Source: Gammaproteobacteria bacterium (GTDB lineage Bacteria; Pseudomonadota; Gammaproteobacteria; UBA4575). Taken from it: 64,000 bases of DNA. How positions within the stretch are numbered: the stretch's first letter is position 1; the number at the start of each line of letters is the position of its first letter. The DNA lies in contig OZ241890.1 of assembly GCA_965203475.1 (NCBI GenBank), forward strand, positions 606,926 to 670,925, given 5' to 3'. The translations under genes and the position numbers were made by a program. This document shows positions 30,666 to 40,817 of this stretch, in pieces. The notes below the pieces were generated by a model. That model ran no database searches. It worked only from the letters and a program-made list of their open reading frames with translations, and was not told the origin of the DNA.

Positions 30666-30805
30666 AGAAATTTTTATGAGACCCGTTCAGCCTAAATAGT
30701 TTGCTTGTCGTCGGCGCAAAGGGTTACTAAATTTTCTAAACCCTTAAGGTAGAACCTATTCCAGTAAAAACAGTAAATTAGTTACCCACACAGCCAATAA
30801 CTAAT

Positions 30806-31177
30806 ATGCTTGGTATTTTTCGAAAAAAACCTCTCAGATCGCAATTCTATCCACGTGAAGAACGGGTTCCACTGGAAGGTCAGGTGTTTATCAAACGAAT
30901 TGGCATGGTCACACTACGGGCTTGTCGTGGCAATATCAGTAAGGGTGGTCTCTACGTTGAAATTACGAATCATGATATGGAGCGGGGGAAAAAGGTCGAA
31001 ATTATCCTAGTCAAGGAAGAGGGAGCCATTCGCCGCTTAACCCGCATGATGGGAATTACCATTCGGGTCGATAAAAAGGGAGCCGCATTTGTCACCTATA
31101 AAAAAGAGGATATTCACTCAGAAAAAGACGTAAAACATGAAGAAGCTTTGCTGCAGCAGGAATTTGGGACGCTGTAG
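30806..31177 (+). CDS. PilZ-domain c-di-GMP binding protein
   Basis: REER... and NISKGG (RxxxR / D-N-x-S-x-x-G) motifs. Confidence 0.55.
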   Translation: MLGIFRKKPLRSQFYPREERVPLEGQVFIKRIGMVTLRACRGNISKGGLYVEITNHDMERGKKVEIILVKEEGAIRRLTRMMGITIRVDKKGAAFVTYKKEDIHSEKDVKHEEALLQQEFGTL

Positions 31178-31291
31178 ACACTTTCCCGAGCAATCCAGGC
31201 TGAATGGATGGAATTTACGGATGAACTGTAGGGGGGGCTAATCACATCCACCGTATAATTAAGACTGTAGTTTCTCTCCTTCTGAAGCTGA

Positions 31292-31323
31292 CCCACGTCC
31301 CCTATATGACGTGGGTTTTTTTT
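31292..31323 (+). terminator. Rho-independent terminator
   Basis: CCCACGTC-ccctatat-GACGTGGG followed by T8. Confidence 0.65.
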
Positions 31324-31379
31324 GCGCGTAAGAGAATGCATTTTTTATCGCCAAAAAATTGACGTGATACCATGATTTT

Positions 31380-31748
31380 ATGCAAGCGCTACTATTGATT
31401 GCTCATGGAAGTCGACGTGAAGAGTCTAATCAAGAAATTCAAGCCTTAACTCAAAAATTACGTCGTATACAAGAATCATCTTATGATGTTGTCGAATGTG
31501 CATTTCTGGAATTAACAGGACCTTCCATCCCTGAAGGTATAAATCGATGCGTGAAAATGGGTGCCCAGGAGATAACTGTATTGCCTTATTTTTTGTCGGC
31601 AGGTAGACATGTAGTGACCGACATTCCGAATGAGCTCAATAAAGCTAAACAGATGCATTCCAATATTAAAATAAAAGTAGCGCCTTATTTTGGTTCGACA
31701 ACTGAAATAGTGGATTTGTTATATAAATTAGGTGCCAAAGCTTCTTAG
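31380..31748 (+). CDS. CbiX/SirB-type small sirohydrochlorin chelatase
   Basis: LLIAHGSRREESN N-terminus typical of CbiX(S). Confidence 0.65.
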   Translation: MQALLLIAHGSRREESNQEIQALTQKLRRIQESSYDVVECAFLELTGPSIPEGINRCVKMGAQEITVLPYFLSAGRHVVTDIPNELNKAKQMHSNIKIKVAPYFGSTTEIVDLLYKLGAKAS

Positions 31749-31761
31749 AAATTTATAATTT

Positions 31762-32844
31762 ATGTCGATCACAAATAAGGTTGAAGTATCTGAACGAAAA
31801 AGAGGGCGCGGCTATAGTCAAGACATAAACAACCGATTCGCATCACTACATAAATCTATTGATGTACATATCGAGTCTTCTTCATCAAATATTGTGCTGA
31901 CTCGTCTTAATTCGAATTCAGCAAAATCAATTGTAACCACTAATCAGTCACCAGATGTTCCCTTTGAGCGTAGTGTTAATCCCTACAGAGGATGTGAACA
32001 TGGCTGCAGCTACTGCTTTGCTCGGCCAACACATGCCTATCTTGATTGTTCCCCAGGATTAGAATTCGAGTCTAAAATTTTTTATAAAGAAAATGTGATT
32101 TCGCTATTAGAAAAGGAATTTATTAAATCAAAATATGTGCCTAAACCAATATCTTTGGGGAATATTACTGATGTATACCAACCCATTGAAAAGAAGTTAG
32201 GCATCACGCGTAAATTACTGCAACTGTTTTTAAAGTACAGGCATCCCGTCAGCATTGTCACTAAGTCTTCTTTAATTGAAAGAGATATTGATTTACTAGA
32301 GGAGTTAGCCAAAAACAAGCTAGTCCATGTTGCTATATCATTAACTACTTTAAATAAACAGTTGGCTCGCAAGTTAGAACCTCGTGCCCCAACCCCCAAG
32401 CGTAGATTACAGGTGATACAAAATCTAAAGTACCAACATATTCCAGTGAGTGTGCTAGTGGCGCCGGTAATTCCTGTACTAACTGATTATGAAATAGAAA
32501 ATATTTTAAAAGCATCAAAACAAGCCGGCGCGAGTCGAGCTAATTTTGTGATGTTACGTTTACCGAGCGAGATGAAATTTTTATTTACGCAGTGGCTTGA
32601 AGATCACTATCCATTAAAATCTAAACATATTTTAAATCGATTAAAAGAAATGCATGGAGGAGAGCTGTATCAGTCAAAATATGGAAGCCGAATGCGTGGA
32701 GAAGGTGAATATGCTCGAATGATTGAAGCACGCTTTAAACTTGCTATTAAAAAATTAGGTTTAACGCAAAATAGAGTTGAACTCGATTCCACTCAGTTTA
32801 TTAGGCCTGCTGTAATAAAATCACAGCAATTAGAATTATTATAA
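31762..32844 (+). CDS. Radical SAM protein (SplB/DNA-photolyase-like COG1533 family)
   Basis: CEHGCSYC (Cx3Cx2C). Confidence 0.7.
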   Translation: MSITNKVEVSERKRGRGYSQDINNRFASLHKSIDVHIESSSSNIVLTRLNSNSAKSIVTTNQSPDVPFERSVNPYRGCEHGCSYCFARPTHAYLDCSPGLEFESKIFYKENVISLLEKEFIKSKYVPKPISLGNITDVYQPIEKKLGITRKLLQLFLKYRHPVSIVTKSSLIERDIDLLEELAKNKLVHVAISLTTLNKQLARKLEPRAPTPKRRLQVIQNLKYQHIPVSVLVAPVIPVLTDYEIENILKASKQAGASRANFVMLRLPSEMKFLFTQWLEDHYPLKSKHILNRLKEMHGGELYQSKYGSRMRGEGEYARMIEARFKLAIKKLGLTQNRVELDSTQFIRPAVIKSQQLELL

Positions 32845-33558
32845 TTACGTAATTTTTAATTCTTTTTTAGAAACGGCAGAGTAGGGCGAATTTCTCACTT
32901 GATCGTGTATTTTCATTCGGTAGCGTACGAATTGATCGACTTCAGTGAAATGCATAAATGGATTACCTTCAAACTCCTCAGCCAATGTTGAAGTTTTTTG
33001 AACTGCATAATGGTGACCAGGATGGATTACAATACTGTCGGGTAATTCATCACGAAACTTTTTTAATGTGGTATGCATTTGTTCTGGGTCTCCACCATGC
33101 AAATCACAACGGCCACAGCCGAAAACAAAAAGTGTATCCCCGGTGAGTAGATCATTTTGAATTCGATAACAGGTAGAGCCTGGTGTATGTCCAGGGGTAT
33201 GCATAATGTTTATTTCAGTCTCACCTAGAACAATTTTATCCCCGCCATGATGTAAACTGGGTTTTGTAAGTTTTTGATTCCAGAATTCAGCTTCAGCCTT
33301 CAGCAAGTTTACAGTCGCATCAAAATGATTTAATACGCCCTCGATTCCATTGATGTGATCATGATGACTATGGGTCAATAAAATGTCTGTAATTTTTACA
33401 TCTAATTGTTTTGCGCGGCTTACGATTGCCGGTACGTCCCAAGCTGGATCCACCACGGCCGCCTTTTTGGTTTTTTCATCAACGATAAGATATACAAAAT
33501 TTTCCATCGGGCCTAATTCCATGGCTTCGATACTGTAATGTTGTTTATTGTTTTGCAT
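32845..33558 (-). CDS. MBL-fold metallo-hydrolase (glyoxalase II-like)
   Basis: THSHHDH motif. Confidence 0.75.
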   Translation of the reverse strand: MQNNKQHYSIEAMELGPMENFVYLIVDEKTKKAAVVDPAWDVPAIVSRAKQLDVKITDILLTHSHHDHINGIEGVLNHFDATVNLLKAEAEFWNQKLTKPSLHHGGDKIVLGETEINIMHTPGHTPGSTCYRIQNDLLTGDTLFVFGCGRCDLHGGDPEQMHTTLKKFRDELPDSIVIHPGHHYAVQKTSTLAEEFEGNPFMHFTEVDQFVRYRMKIHDQVRNSPYSAVSKKELKIT

Positions 33559-33600
33559 GATGTATAAAATTGTAACAGCCTTAGTGTTTTAATCCCATAT

Positions 33601-34167
33601 ATGAATACGCTAAAAGATTATATTAGCCATGATTTGAAAATTTTATCTATCGGATTAAATCCTTCTACTATTTCAGTTCAAAATGGTTTTTATTTTGCTA
33701 ATCCTAGAAATAGATTTTGGCGTGCATTAAATGCCAGTAATTTATTAGAAGAGGAGCTAATCCCTTCTGAACAGTCACAAGAGATCTTATTTACAAGATA
33801 TAAAATTGGGTTTACAGATGTAGTGAAACGTCATTCATCGATGGGGAAAGATTTAAAAGCAAGTGATTTTAAAAAGTATGCTCCAGCGCTAAATCATAAT
33901 ATTAAAAAATATGCGCCGAAAATTTGCTGGTTTCATGGCAAGGTAGCCATTAAAAAATTTCTCAATTACTCGGGAGTAGAAGAGTATAAACCCTATATTT
34001 CAGAAATTGACTGGGGCAAACAAAAGTTTAACTTGCATCAATCTTGGGTATTTGTATCCCCAAATCCAAGTCCTGCTAATGCAGCATTTTCATTAAATGA
34101 GATAACATCCTGGTATAGAAAGTTATACAATTTAATCCATGGAGTTAGCATTAACATGCCTTGTTAA
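33601..34167 (+). CDS. mug: G/U mismatch-specific DNA glycosylase (Mug/TDG family)
   Basis: ILSIGLNPS...GFYFANPRNRFW motif. Confidence 0.75.
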   Translation: MNTLKDYISHDLKILSIGLNPSTISVQNGFYFANPRNRFWRALNASNLLEEELIPSEQSQEILFTRYKIGFTDVVKRHSSMGKDLKASDFKKYAPALNHNIKKYAPKICWFHGKVAIKKFLNYSGVEEYKPYISEIDWGKQKFNLHQSWVFVSPNPSPANAAFSLNEITSWYRKLYNLIHGVSINMPC

Positions 34168-34577
34168 ATATAAAAAATAAAGGAGATATGCAAATGACGA
34201 ATGAGCAAAAACTAAAAAGTTTAAAAATAGCTTTGTATGTATTTGGAATATTTTTCATATTTGGTGTGTATGCAATGATGATGTACATCTGGCCTGAAGG
34301 ATGGGGATGGACACCTAGACAACCTGAGTATGAACAAATGATTATGGGGGTGTATGCAACACTCGGCGTATTTTTAATTCTTGCTGCTAAAAATCCAATG
34401 GAACACCGTAGCCTAATTTGGTTTACAATTTGGTCAAGTATAGTGCATGCAGGCATTATGTTGATTCAGGCAATTGTAGATGAAACTGAAAGAATGAATT
34501 TAATTGGAGATGTTCCTGCGTTATTTCTAGTAGCGATAATTCTTTGGTATTTAATGCCCGACAAGTCTGCTCAGTAA
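34161..34577 (+). CDS. Hypothetical membrane protein
   Basis: Three or four TM helices. The real start is probably the internal Met at 34194. Confidence 0.45.
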   Translation: MLNIKNKGDMQMTNEQKLKSLKIALYVFGIFFIFGVYAMMMYIWPEGWGWTPRQPEYEQMIMGVYATLGVFLILAAKNPMEHRSLIWFTIWSSIVHAGIMLIQAIVDETERMNLIGDVPALFLVAIILWYLMPDKSAQ

Positions 34578-34618
34578 AAATTTGAATTCATAAATTGATT
34601 AAGAGCATTCATTATTGA

Positions 34619-35122
34619 ATGCTCTTGGAATTATATATGCGAATAAAATTACTATTAAGTTTCTTTGTTCTTATATGTCTCATATCTTGTACTGAGAATT
34701 CCGAGCTTAAAAATAATGACCAATTAGCAAGAGATGCGTTATCAGGTGTTTGGCGTGGAGAAGGGAAATACCAAAATGAACAGGATCAGGGCTGGGTAGA
34801 ATATTGGAAAATAATTAGACATCAAGATGGAACTTTTGAAGTCCAATATTTGGTCATACACAAAGAAGATAAATTTTACGAATATGCCAATGATACGGGC
34901 CAATGGTTCTATGAGAATGGTAGTTATTCCGAAATCAATAAAAATAATCAAAAATCTGTTTACACTGTGTATTCAGTTAAGAAAGATAGTTTTGAGTACA
35001 ATTTGGTTCAGAATGAGACCACAACTAAAATTAGCGAAATTAAGACCGTGGCTGAATATCAGTTACAGGACCCACCTGATGGGTATAAAGAGCTAAAGCA
35101 TGAAAAAGAATCAGGACATTAG
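34619..35122 (+). CDS. Hypothetical lipoprotein
   Basis: Signal peptide with LISC lipobox. Confidence 0.5.
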   Translation: MLLELYMRIKLLLSFFVLICLISCTENSELKNNDQLARDALSGVWRGEGKYQNEQDQGWVEYWKIIRHQDGTFEVQYLVIHKEDKFYEYANDTGQWFYENGSYSEINKNNQKSVYTVYSVKKDSFEYNLVQNETTTKISEIKTVAEYQLQDPPDGYKELKHEKESGH

Positions 35123-35136
35123 AGAATTTAGATTAA

Positions 35137-35634
35137 ATGTTTAGTTATCGCGCATTTAATGTATATGGGTTTTTGCTTTGTGTATTTGCAATGCTATTTG
35201 CCGTTCTTTATTTAGAAAGAACACTATATTTAGATCCTTGCCCTTTATGCGTAATGGATCGGGCAGTGATTATAGGAATTGCTGTGCTATTTTTTATCGC
35301 ATTGATTTTCAATCCAAAGTCTACAATGAAGATAATTCTTGGAATCCTCACTTCAATTTTGTGTGTCATTGGGATTGGGTTCGCCTCAAGGCATATTTGG
35401 TTGCAAAATTTACCAAAAGACCAAGTTCCAGAGTGTGGACCCGATATCTACTACATGCTAGATACCTTGCCGTTGTTTGATGTGTTAGGAAAAGTTTTAA
35501 CAGGCTCAGGATCCTGTGCTGATATAAGCTGGACATTTATGGGGTTAACCATACCCGAACAAACCCTAATTTTATTTCTTGGGCTATTGGTATTAGCCTT
35601 GATTCAGACGTTTAGAACCAATAAGTCTTTCTAA
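35137..35634 (+). CDS. dsbB: Disulfide bond formation protein B
   Basis: PCPLCVMDR first Cys pair. Second Cys pair in the periplasmic loop. Four TM helices. Confidence 0.75.
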   Translation: MFSYRAFNVYGFLLCVFAMLFAVLYLERTLYLDPCPLCVMDRAVIIGIAVLFFIALIFNPKSTMKIILGILTSILCVIGIGFASRHIWLQNLPKDQVPECGPDIYYMLDTLPLFDVLGKVLTGSGSCADISWTFMGLTIPEQTLILFLGLLVLALIQTFRTNKSF

Positions 35635-35741
35635 AGAGGAATTAATTCCGTTAACATTTGTCATCGAACCATTGATGCAATATCTGCATTACTTTAAGGT
35701 TCTAATAATTATGATGAAGATTAATTTGTGCCTACGAGCAT

Positions 35742-36908
35742 ATGGAAATGAGTACTGTAGCTGAAGAATTACACCCAATACCTAATCGAGTACCACCGGC
35801 GACTCGATTTGTGCAATTGCATGGTGACTATGGGACAAGCGACTTCATTATGCGACGAGGAGGCCGACTTCCTGAAGTTAATATTGCTTATGAGTCTTGG
35901 GGAAAACTGTCAGAGATGCATGACAATGCGGTATTAGTGTTTACTGGTTTGTCGCCCTCTGCGCATGCATGTTCTTCAGAGAAAGATCCAACGCCTGGCT
36001 GGTGGGAGTACATGATTGGGCCTGGCAAACCTATCGATACAAATCGATTTTATGTCGTGTGTGTCAACTCCTTGGGAAGCTGTTTTGGATCTACTAGCGC
36101 AACTTCAATTAATCCTTTAACTGGTAAACAATATTGTGCTGAATATCCTGAATTAACGATAGAAGACATAGCGAAAGCAGGACATCACGCAGTGCAGGAA
36201 TTAGGCATTGATCATTTATGTGCGGTGGTGGGGGCATCGATGGGTGGGATGTCTTCTTTAGCCTATGCACTTCAATATCCTGATGAGGTAGATTACTTAG
36301 TTACTATTTCTGCGGCTTGTCGTTCATTGCCATTAGCGATTGCGATGCGTTCGTTGCAACGTGAAATTGTACGTTGCGATCCAGAATGGAAAAACGGATG
36401 TTATGAGCCTGATGAAGAACCAAAACGTGGTATGGTGCTCGCAAGAAAATTAGGGCTTATGTCTTATCGAGCAGCAGCTGAATGGAATGAGCGATTTAAT
36501 CGTGCTCGTGTAGATGCTTCTCGGAAAAGTAAAGATATATTTGGGATCGAGTTTGAAGTTGAATCCTATCTTGATTATAACGCGCATAAATTTGCAGAAG
36601 GCTTTGATGCTAACAGTTATTTATATCTATCGCGAGCTATGGATTTATTCGATGTCGCTGAGCATGGAGGTTCAGTTAATGCAGGATTGGCTAAGATTCA
36701 CACCAAAAAAACATTAGTCATTGGCGTAGAAACCGATATTTTATTTCCTGTGCATCAGCAGCAGGAAATTTACAATGGTGTAAAGAATGCGGGACGCGAC
36801 GTTGAATTTGCTCGTTTACCATCCATTAAAGGGCATGATTCTTTTTTAATTGATGATGAGCAATTCTCACCTGTGATGAATAAGTTTTTTGCCGAGATAG
36901 ATATTTAA
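35742..36908 (+). CDS. metX: Homoserine O-acyltransferase (MetX family alpha/beta hydrolase)
   Basis: VVGASMGGM nucleophile elbow and overall MetX colinearity. Confidence 0.85.
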   Translation: MEMSTVAEELHPIPNRVPPATRFVQLHGDYGTSDFIMRRGGRLPEVNIAYESWGKLSEMHDNAVLVFTGLSPSAHACSSEKDPTPGWWEYMIGPGKPIDTNRFYVVCVNSLGSCFGSTSATSINPLTGKQYCAEYPELTIEDIAKAGHHAVQELGIDHLCAVVGASMGGMSSLAYALQYPDEVDYLVTISAACRSLPLAIAMRSLQREIVRCDPEWKNGCYEPDEEPKRGMVLARKLGLMSYRAAAEWNERFNRARVDASRKSKDIFGIEFEVESYLDYNAHKFAEGFDANSYLYLSRAMDLFDVAEHGGSVNAGLAKIHTKKTLVIGVETDILFPVHQQQEIYNGVKNAGRDVEFARLPSIKGHDSFLIDDEQFSPVMNKFFAEIDI

Positions 36909-36928
36909 TTCTTCTCGGCAAAAATTTT
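36885..36928. terminator. Bidirectional terminator between convergent metX and gltA
   Basis: TTTTTT-GCCGAGA-n15-TCTCGGC-AAAAATTTT. Confidence 0.55.
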
Positions 36929-38231
36929 AACGTTTACTGATATCTACGTAATCACGCTCGTCAGGGCCAGTATATAATTGTCTTGGCCTTCCAATTTTCG
37001 CATCGGGCTGTCCCATATGCTCTTTCCAATGCGAAATCCAACCAACAGTGCGTGCCAGCGCAAAGATCACGGTAAACATGTTGAGTGGAATTCCCATGGC
37101 GCGCAAAATGATACCTGAATAGAAATCTACATTTGGATATAGTTTACGTTCAACAAAGTAATCATCTTCTAAGGCAATTTTTTCCAATTCCATTGCAGTA
37201 TCAAATAGTGGTTTATTAGGATTATCATCACCTAATTCGCCTAAAAGTGCGTGACACACTTCGCGAATAATTTTTGCTCTGGGGTCATAATTTTTATAAA
37301 CACGATGACCAAAGCCCATTAAACGAAATTGTGAATCTTTATCTTTAGCACGTTCAATGTAGTACTGAACGTCATTATCAGATTCAACAATGTCTTCCAA
37401 CATTCTAATTACAGCTTCATTTGCACCGCCATGTGCAGGGCCCCAAAGAGAACTAATTCCAGCAGATAATGCGGCATATGGGTTAGCGCCTGAACTACCT
37501 GCAAGTCGCACGGTAGAGGTTGATGCATTTTGCTCATGGTCCGCATGCAAGATCAAAATCACATCCATGGCGCGCACAAAGACGGGACTAGGCTGATAAT
37601 TCATGCTCGGTAATCCAAACATCATATGTAAGAAGTTGGATACATAATCCAGGCTGTTGTCAGGATACATAAATGGTTGACCAATCGAGTATTTGTGTAC
37701 CCATGCACACATGGTTGGCATTTTTGCAATCATACGTTTGGCTGCAATTTCTCGTGACTCTGCATCATGTACATCAATTTGATCATGATAAAATGCAGAT
37801 AATGCGCCCACTGTGGCTACCATCATGGCCATGGGGTGAGAATTATTGTGGAAACCTAAATAGAAACGTCTCATTTTTTCGTCGAGCAGGGTGTGTAATT
37901 TCTGCCGGTTTTCAAACGACTCAAATTGCTGTTTGGTGGGAAGTTCTCCGTATAACAGCAAATAGCACACCTCGAGATAGGTACTTTTTTCAGCCAGCTG
38001 TTCAATCGGATAACCCCGATAACGCAATAACCCTAAATCCCCATCAATAAAGGTAATTTCACTTTCGCAACTACCCGTTGAAACAAAGCCTGGATCATAT
38101 GTGAAATATCCAAGTTCATTATAAAGGCTACGAATATCAATGGTGCTGGGGCCATTGACCCCATCAATGATTGGTAGGTCGACCTGTTTCCCTGTTGTAT
38201 TGTCCGTCACTGTTACGGTGCGATCTGCCAT
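36927..38231 (-). CDS. gltA: Citrate synthase
   Basis: [14 protein letters not shown] signature. Confidence 0.9.
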   Translation of the reverse strand: MADRTVTVTDNTTGKQVDLPIIDGVNGPSTIDIRSLYNELGYFTYDPGFVSTGSCESEITFIDGDLGLLRYRGYPIEQLAEKSTYLEVCYLLLYGELPTKQQFESFENRQKLHTLLDEKMRRFYLGFHNNSHPMAMMVATVGALSAFYHDQIDVHDAESREIAAKRMIAKMPTMCAWVHKYSIGQPFMYPDNSLDYVSNFLHMMFGLPSMNYQPSPVFVRAMDVILILHADHEQNASTSTVRLAGSSGANPYAALSAGISSLWGPAHGGANEAVIRMLEDIVESDNDVQYYIERAKDKDSQFRLMGFGHRVYKNYDPRAKIIREVCHALLGELGDDNPNKPLFDTAMELEKIALEDDYFVERKLYPNVDFYSGIILRAMGIPLNMFTVIFALARTVGWISHWKEHMGQPDAKIGRPRQLYTGPDERDYVDISKR

Positions 38232-38460
38232 CGGTATCTCCTAGTTAAATTGCCTTTTTGAGCAATATGAGGCTATTCCACGTAATGTGGAATCTCCCAT
38301 CTAAATATTAATTTATAAGTTAGATTACTAAGTTAATGTAATTTATTGTAATTATTAAATCTTACTACTACCCAAAATTGATCTGAGCAGCATAGAACTT
38401 CATCTACTGTACCCAGATTATAGCATTTTTGAATTCTCTAGTAGAGAAGGGTGTTCGAGC

Positions 38461-38997
38461 TTATGTAGACCAATTGCTTAAAAATTGTTCAATAAAACTA
38501 GAAATCTCTTCGATTTCGTTTAAATTGAGTAACGGTAGAGCGCTTGTGACGCCCTCGGGTTGATCGGTGGCAATGGCAATTACATGCCTGTCATTGGCTG
38601 AAATCAGTGGCTTATCTAAGCTTGGGCGGTGAATCTCAATCTTTGGTATAGGCGCAGCCTTAAACCCCTCCACCATGACAACATCGATTGTATCGGTGCA
38701 AATATGCTGTAATGCTTGTTCCAGGGATAGCTCTTTGCTGGTTTCTTCATGCTCAACCATTAATGCCCAACGCTTTTGCGAAGAGATCAGCATTTGTTGG
38801 GCTCCTGCTTTACGAATTTTATAGCTATCTTTCTGAGGGTGATCGATATCAAACGTATGATGTGCGTGTTTAATCACTGCCACCTGCCGTCCATTAGCCG
38901 TTAATCGTGGAAGTAACTTTTCCAGGAGTGTTGTTTTCCCTGATCCGCTATAGGCACACAAGCCAAGGACCGGTTTTTTAAACTTTATGCTTTCCAT
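38461..38997 (-). CDS. mobB: Molybdopterin-guanine dinucleotide biosynthesis adapter protein B
   Basis: P-loop GSGKTTL, and its position after mobA. Confidence 0.8.
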   Translation of the reverse strand: MESIKFKKPVLGLCAYSGSGKTTLLEKLLPRLTANGRQVAVIKHAHHTFDIDHPQKDSYKIRKAGAQQMLISSQKRWALMVEHEETSKELSLEQALQHICTDTIDVVMVEGFKAAPIPKIEIHRPSLDKPLISANDRHVIAIATDQPEGVTSALPLLNLNEIEEISSFIEQFLSNWST

Positions 38998-39000
38998 GTT

Positions 39001-39603
39001 TTACGTTTGTAGATAGCCAGAAATTTCTTGCTGATCTTGCGGAGTGTTGACATTCATAAAACATTCCGGTTTATCAGAAAAGTCGACCTCACCACATCGA
39101 TGTTGAGTAAACCAACGATCAATTTTTCGTTCTCCGCTTTCTAAATATTGTTCCAGGCTATGTATTAAATTCTGTTTAAGCAAGCAGTAAACAGGTTGTA
39201 TTCGGTTTCCGTCATGTGCGACACAAATTTCATAATGCTTTTTTTCCATTGCACCTAATAATCGAGACACTAAGTCTTCTGGAATTAGAGGTCCATCGCA
39301 TGGGCAGGTACACAAATAATCCGTATTGGAATTTTTCAATCCAACTACAATTCCTGCTAATGGGCCTTGAAAGTCGGCTAACTGATCAGAAATAACAGGA
39401 TAGCCCAATTTTTCATAGGTACTGATGTTTCTATTTGCATTGATGATGATTGTCTGCACTTGTGGCTCCAAAGATTGAACTACGTACTGAATCATTGGTA
39501 AGCCCTTAATTTCAACTAAACCTTTATCCTGACCTCCTAGGCGTCTTGCTTTACCGCCGGCAAGTATCATTCCAGTGACGTTCTGAGTACGGGTAGATGT
39601 CAT
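39001..39603 (-). CDS. mobA: Molybdenum cofactor guanylyltransferase
   Basis: GMILAGGKARRLGGQDKGL N-terminal motif. Confidence 0.8.
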   Translation of the reverse strand: MTSTRTQNVTGMILAGGKARRLGGQDKGLVEIKGLPMIQYVVQSLEPQVQTIIINANRNISTYEKLGYPVISDQLADFQGPLAGIVVGLKNSNTDYLCTCPCDGPLIPEDLVSRLLGAMEKKHYEICVAHDGNRIQPVYCLLKQNLIHSLEQYLESGERKIDRWFTQHRCGEVDFSDKPECFMNVNTPQDQQEISGYLQT

Positions 39604-39688
39604 TTATTCATGTGTACTTTTTTGCTAAAAGAGATTGTGCGTAAGATTTGCCATAATATAAATACACAATTTTAGTTTAGGGCCGATT

Positions 39689-40006
39689 ATGAGTGAGAAG
39701 ATGGACAAGTTAGATCAACTGGAAATAGAAGCAGCAGTATATCGAAGGCTAGTAGAACATCTTCGTGCAAATACTGAGGTTCAGAATATCGATTTGATGA
39801 ATTTGGCAGATTTTTGTAGGAATTGTTTGTCAAAGTGGTATGTAGCGGCAGCCAAGGACAAAGGCATTGAAATCGACTATGAAAATGCTCGAGAGCTTGT
39901 CTATGGAATGCCTTACTCGGAATGGAAAGCAAAATATCAAAAAGAAGCGACCCCAGAACAAATGCAGGCATTTAAAGAGGCCGAAGAACGCCGTAATCAA
40001 AGTTAG
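39689..40006 (+). CDS. Small conserved hypothetical protein (105 aa) upstream of moeB
   Basis: Good ORF. The longer overlapping ORF at 39867 is a spurious N-terminal extension of moeB. Confidence 0.5.
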   Translation: MSEKMDKLDQLEIEAAVYRRLVEHLRANTEVQNIDLMNLADFCRNCLSKWYVAAAKDKGIEIDYENARELVYGMPYSEWKAKYQKEATPEQMQAFKEAEERRNQS

Positions 40007-40043
40007 ACCAACAGTGTCATTAGCATCAAATAAGCCATCCAAA

Positions 40044-40802
40044 ATGAACGAGTTTAGTGACGAAGAATTGCTTCGTTATAGTCGGCAAATTTTATTGCCT
40101 CAAATTGATCTTGTTGGACAACAGAAGCTTTGTGATTCAAAAGTTTTGCTATTGGGTGCTGGAGGGTTAGGTTCTCCAGTGGCAATGTACTTAACTGCCT
40201 GTGGTATAGGTGAAATTACAATTGTTGATCCCGATACAGTTGATTTGTCTAATTTGCAACGCCAAATTTTGCATAACAGCAACAATATTGGTGATATGAA
40301 AGTGCATTCTGCAGAACAAACGCTAGTGAAATTAAATCCTGCAGTATCCGTTAATGCCATTGATAAAAGACTTTCTAGCCTAGCACTTAAAGATGAAGTA
40401 GCGAAGGCAGATGTGGTGGTTGATGCTACAGATAATTTTGAGTCTCGGTTTGAAATTAATCATGCCTGTGTAGCAACTAAAACTCCACTTGTAGTAGGGG
40501 CTGCAATACGATTTGAAGGGCAGGTAATGGTGTTTACTATGCAAAATAATAGCGCGTGTTATCAGTGTCTGTATCCGAAGCAGAATAGTGATGAAAGCAA
40601 TGTACAGGAAAGTTGTGCAGAAAATGGAATTTTGGGACCAGTTACCGGGCAAATCGGTTGTGTTCAAGCCATTGAGGTAATCAAGCTACTTGTCAATTGT
40701 GGCGAATTACTTACCAATAAGCTTTTAATTGTAGATACACTTAATAACGAGTGGCATAAAGTGAAAATTAACAAAGATCCAAAATGTAAAATTTGTTCGT
40801 GA
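40044..40802 (+). CDS. moeB: Molybdopterin-synthase adenylyltransferase (MoeB/ThiF family)
   Basis: LRYSRQILLPQI...GAGGLGSP motif and C-terminal CxxC...CxxC. Start placed at the ATG at 40044. Confidence 0.85.
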   Translation: MNEFSDEELLRYSRQILLPQIDLVGQQKLCDSKVLLLGAGGLGSPVAMYLTACGIGEITIVDPDTVDLSNLQRQILHNSNNIGDMKVHSAEQTLVKLNPAVSVNAIDKRLSSLALKDEVAKADVVVDATDNFESRFEINHACVATKTPLVVGAAIRFEGQVMVFTMQNNSACYQCLYPKQNSDESNVQESCAENGILGPVTGQIGCVQAIEVIKLLVNCGELLTNKLLIVDTLNNEWHKVKINKDPKCKICS

Positions 40803-40817
40803 TAAATTAGAAACACC

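Noticed and set aside
39867-40802. 311-aa ORF suggesting a long moeB
   Set aside because: The first 59 codons overlap the well-formed upstream gene 39689-40006 in another frame. The MoeB homology begins at the internal ATG at 40044, which is used as the start.
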